A stretch of DNA of 63,861 nucleotides, the filler included, from Nemertoderma westbladi (Eukaryota > Animalia > Xenacoelomorpha), in the NCBI GenBank assembly GCA_032718475.1. It is 4 parts of 4 records of this genome, joined end to end, with 100 filler letters (N's around TTAATTAATTAA, not from the genome) between each part and the next. Parts side by side here need not be neighbours in the genome. Positions count along the whole stretch, not along the records: positions 59,525 to 63,861 come from JAUCBJ010004207.1; 3 more parts are not named here. The stretch is one strand, 5' to 3'. Made by a program: the position numbers and the translations under genes. Below, one piece after another: positions 61,420-63,861 of this stretch (position 1 is its first letter; each line of letters begins with the position of its first letter). The notes below the pieces were generated by a model. That model had not been told where the DNA came from and ran no database searches. It worked only from the letters and a program-made list of their open reading frames with translations.

Positions 61420-62450
61420 AAAGTCAAATTACTTTCAGTTTCAGTCCGTGAATTACGGGTTGTACCCCAGAGCCGCTGGGGGGCGCCGTTGTTGCCGTGG
61501 GTAACGATCGGTTGTGGGAGCGGCGCACGCGAGGATGGGTTTGGTGGTACCGGGATTCAGTGTCGGTGACGAACCGAGATCCGCACTCGACGAGTCGCCA
61601 GTCGAAGTCGTGGTGCTGCAGCAGCACGTATCCGAGGCCGTGTAGTCGCGAGGCGTCCATCTCCAGCACCGTGTCTAGTGCCGGGTCGTACGGTGCCAGG
61701 ATGGGTGTCGTCACGAGTCGCACCTTCGTATCTTCAAGCGCCCGTTCGTGGTCGTCGTTCCACAGGAACTGGTTCCTAGAACTGAGGAGGGGCTGAAGGG
61801 GTGCCATAGCGCTTGGTATCTCGTGGGAGAAGGGAGCGAGTTGCTCCATTTGCAGGGTGTGGGAACAAGTCGATCGCGCTTACCTTACCGGGGTCGGCAT
61901 GGACTCCGTCGCGGCCGACGAGGTATCCCGCGAACCGCACCTCGGGCTGAGCGAGTTGTGTTTTCCCAGGATTGAGGGAGATGCCATGCTCGGAGCAGCG
62001 GCTGAGGAAGGCGTGGACCGAGTTCGTGTTCCTCATATGAGTCATCATAGAGGAGTATGTCATCCACGACTTTCACCAAACGCGGGAGACCTTCCAGCGC
62101 GTCGTCACCCCGTCGGTTGTACTCGTCCCATGATGCGTTAAGACCCACAATGCTTTGCAGGTGTTTATAGCGGCTCCAGGGGGTTACAAACACTGTTAGG
62201 AGTTGGGACTCCGCGTCGAGGGGGACCTGCCAATACTCGGAGGAGGCGTCGAACACGCTGAAGAACTGCGCGCTCGAGGAGACATTGGCCACCACGAGGC
62301 GTGGGTTCGGTGTCAAGTACAGTGGTCGCTGCATTTGCGCGTTCAGGTTGCGCAAGTCAACATAGACCCGCAGCTTTCCGTTGGGCTTGCGGGCCACGGT
62401 TAGGGGGTGAACCCACTCGGTTGCGTCCGTTACGCGTTCGAGTACGCCAC
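61420..62450 (-). mobile_element. Ty3/Gypsy pol fragment (RT and start of RNase H), frameshifted
   Basis: KPNGKLRVYVDLRNLN, FSVFDASSEYWQVPL, VKVVDDILLY, EVRFAGYLV and LEMDASRLHGLGYVLLQ occur across three frames. No LTRs were recognised. Confidence 0.88.
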
Positions 62451-63861
62451 TGAGAGAGGTGAGAGGTCAAACCACCTCAGAGGGAAAACCCAGCTAGTGA
62501 GGCTAGCATCAGGGAGTAACACCTACAGGGAGTGCCGAAGTGACAATTAGTATATAAGCCAATAGCGGGCAGGGAAGCACGTGGGGACAGACAGTCGGGC
62601 ATCCATTGGGTATCAAAGGCCACAGTAGTGTAGAGGTTAAACCAATATGTATCAATCTTATAGATACCCTGATTACTGAATTACCGGTCAGTTCATTATT
62701 ACACAGTTGCGGACCGGCATAGTTTTGACCGTCCCCTGCAAACCATAGCAACATTAAAATAATGTTTATTAACATCTTTATTCATATAATAAAATATTAA
62801 AATTCAAATGTTAAACTAATGCCAGTTTTAATATTTTTTTGGCAAAGCGCTCGGACCCTGTGCAATACAAGTGCACTTTTGGCAGTATTTGGTAACCAAT
62901 ATTAATCAGTGTTATTTTAACATTGGAATTCGAATAGTTTGTAAATTTCCCACCCTTAACATTCTAATGTTATTCTAACATTAAGCTAATATTGGAATTA
63001 TTTCATAGCATTCTCATAGCATTCCTGATTTTTTTCTCACTATTTTCTCATTATTATTCTAACATTAGTACATCAATACTAAAACATTATGATTTTAATG
63101 TTATTAAATGCATGTTGGTATTATCTTGTAATAGGCTTACATAGAGTTTCCATATAAACAATGTTATTTCTATAAATGCAAAAACTTATTACGCCTGAAC
63201 AAAATTGGTGCGGTTTGTTTTATAATATTACAGAATAACAATGGGTAAAAACGCTATTAATTAATATTATAATCATAATGTGAATAATAATGTTAGTATG
63301 TGTACACCCGTTGAAAATATGGAAATGAAACCCACCAACCCAAGACGCAATGCTTTTATCTTATTATCTTATAGTAAATAAATATATCCAACAACAGTAA
63401 TTTACATATAATGTCTGGTTAATCCCCAATGTAGTGCTAATCTCGTAGGTATAAAAACACAGAACGTTTCCGATACATAATAGGACAATCTATTACAATT
63501 TTATTATTAATTGAAAAGATATTGCAAGAAACAAACAATTAAAATTTGATATAAATATAAATAAAGGTTGACCTATTTTATGCACATGTATAGGGCCTAC
63601 GGTATAAGTTCTTATAAGTCCAATCAAAAGTTAAATTCCAGTCTCTATTTCGTTTTCTATCTTTTCGATTGCGATACACTCCTCGGCTCCTCCAACTTTT
63701 CTAGCACTGTAAAGTAATTAAGATTACATTAATTAAGATTTCATTGATTACATTATTAAGATTACCATAATATTAAGTTGACAGCGAAACGGTATTCCAT
63801 GATATAAGTTAAGAAAATTATGTTATAAATCCTCAAACCTAAACCAACACACACACACCCA

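Overview
AT-rich, repeat-dense animal (invertebrate-type) genomic DNA. It consists of four sequence blocks joined by artificial 100-bp spacers (44 N + TTAATTAATTAA + 44 N), so adjacency across the spacers is not guaranteed. Host genes are a two-exon SLC17/sialin-like MFS transporter (minus strand, 608-5494) and a 1.9-kb coding exon of SCAPER (44817-46718), whose intron opens with about 65 tandem copies of a 22-bp unit carrying the GTAAGT donor. The most notable feature is a young 11.8-kb BEL/Pao LTR element (11111-22952, minus strand, AATTG target-site duplication (TSD)). It keeps an open Gag-protease ORF but has lost RT, most of RNase H and integrase. It carries extra zinc-knuckle ORFs near its 3' end and shows covarying RNA stems. 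It has no tRNA primer-binding site (PBS): the 13 nt directly after the 5' LTR are the perfect complement of a 13-mer inside the LTR, which is the geometry of Tf1-type self-priming. The remainder is decayed RTE, CR1 and Gypsy elements, a tRNA-derived SINE, several MITEs with clear TIRs/TSDs, HINE-like repeats and large satellites.
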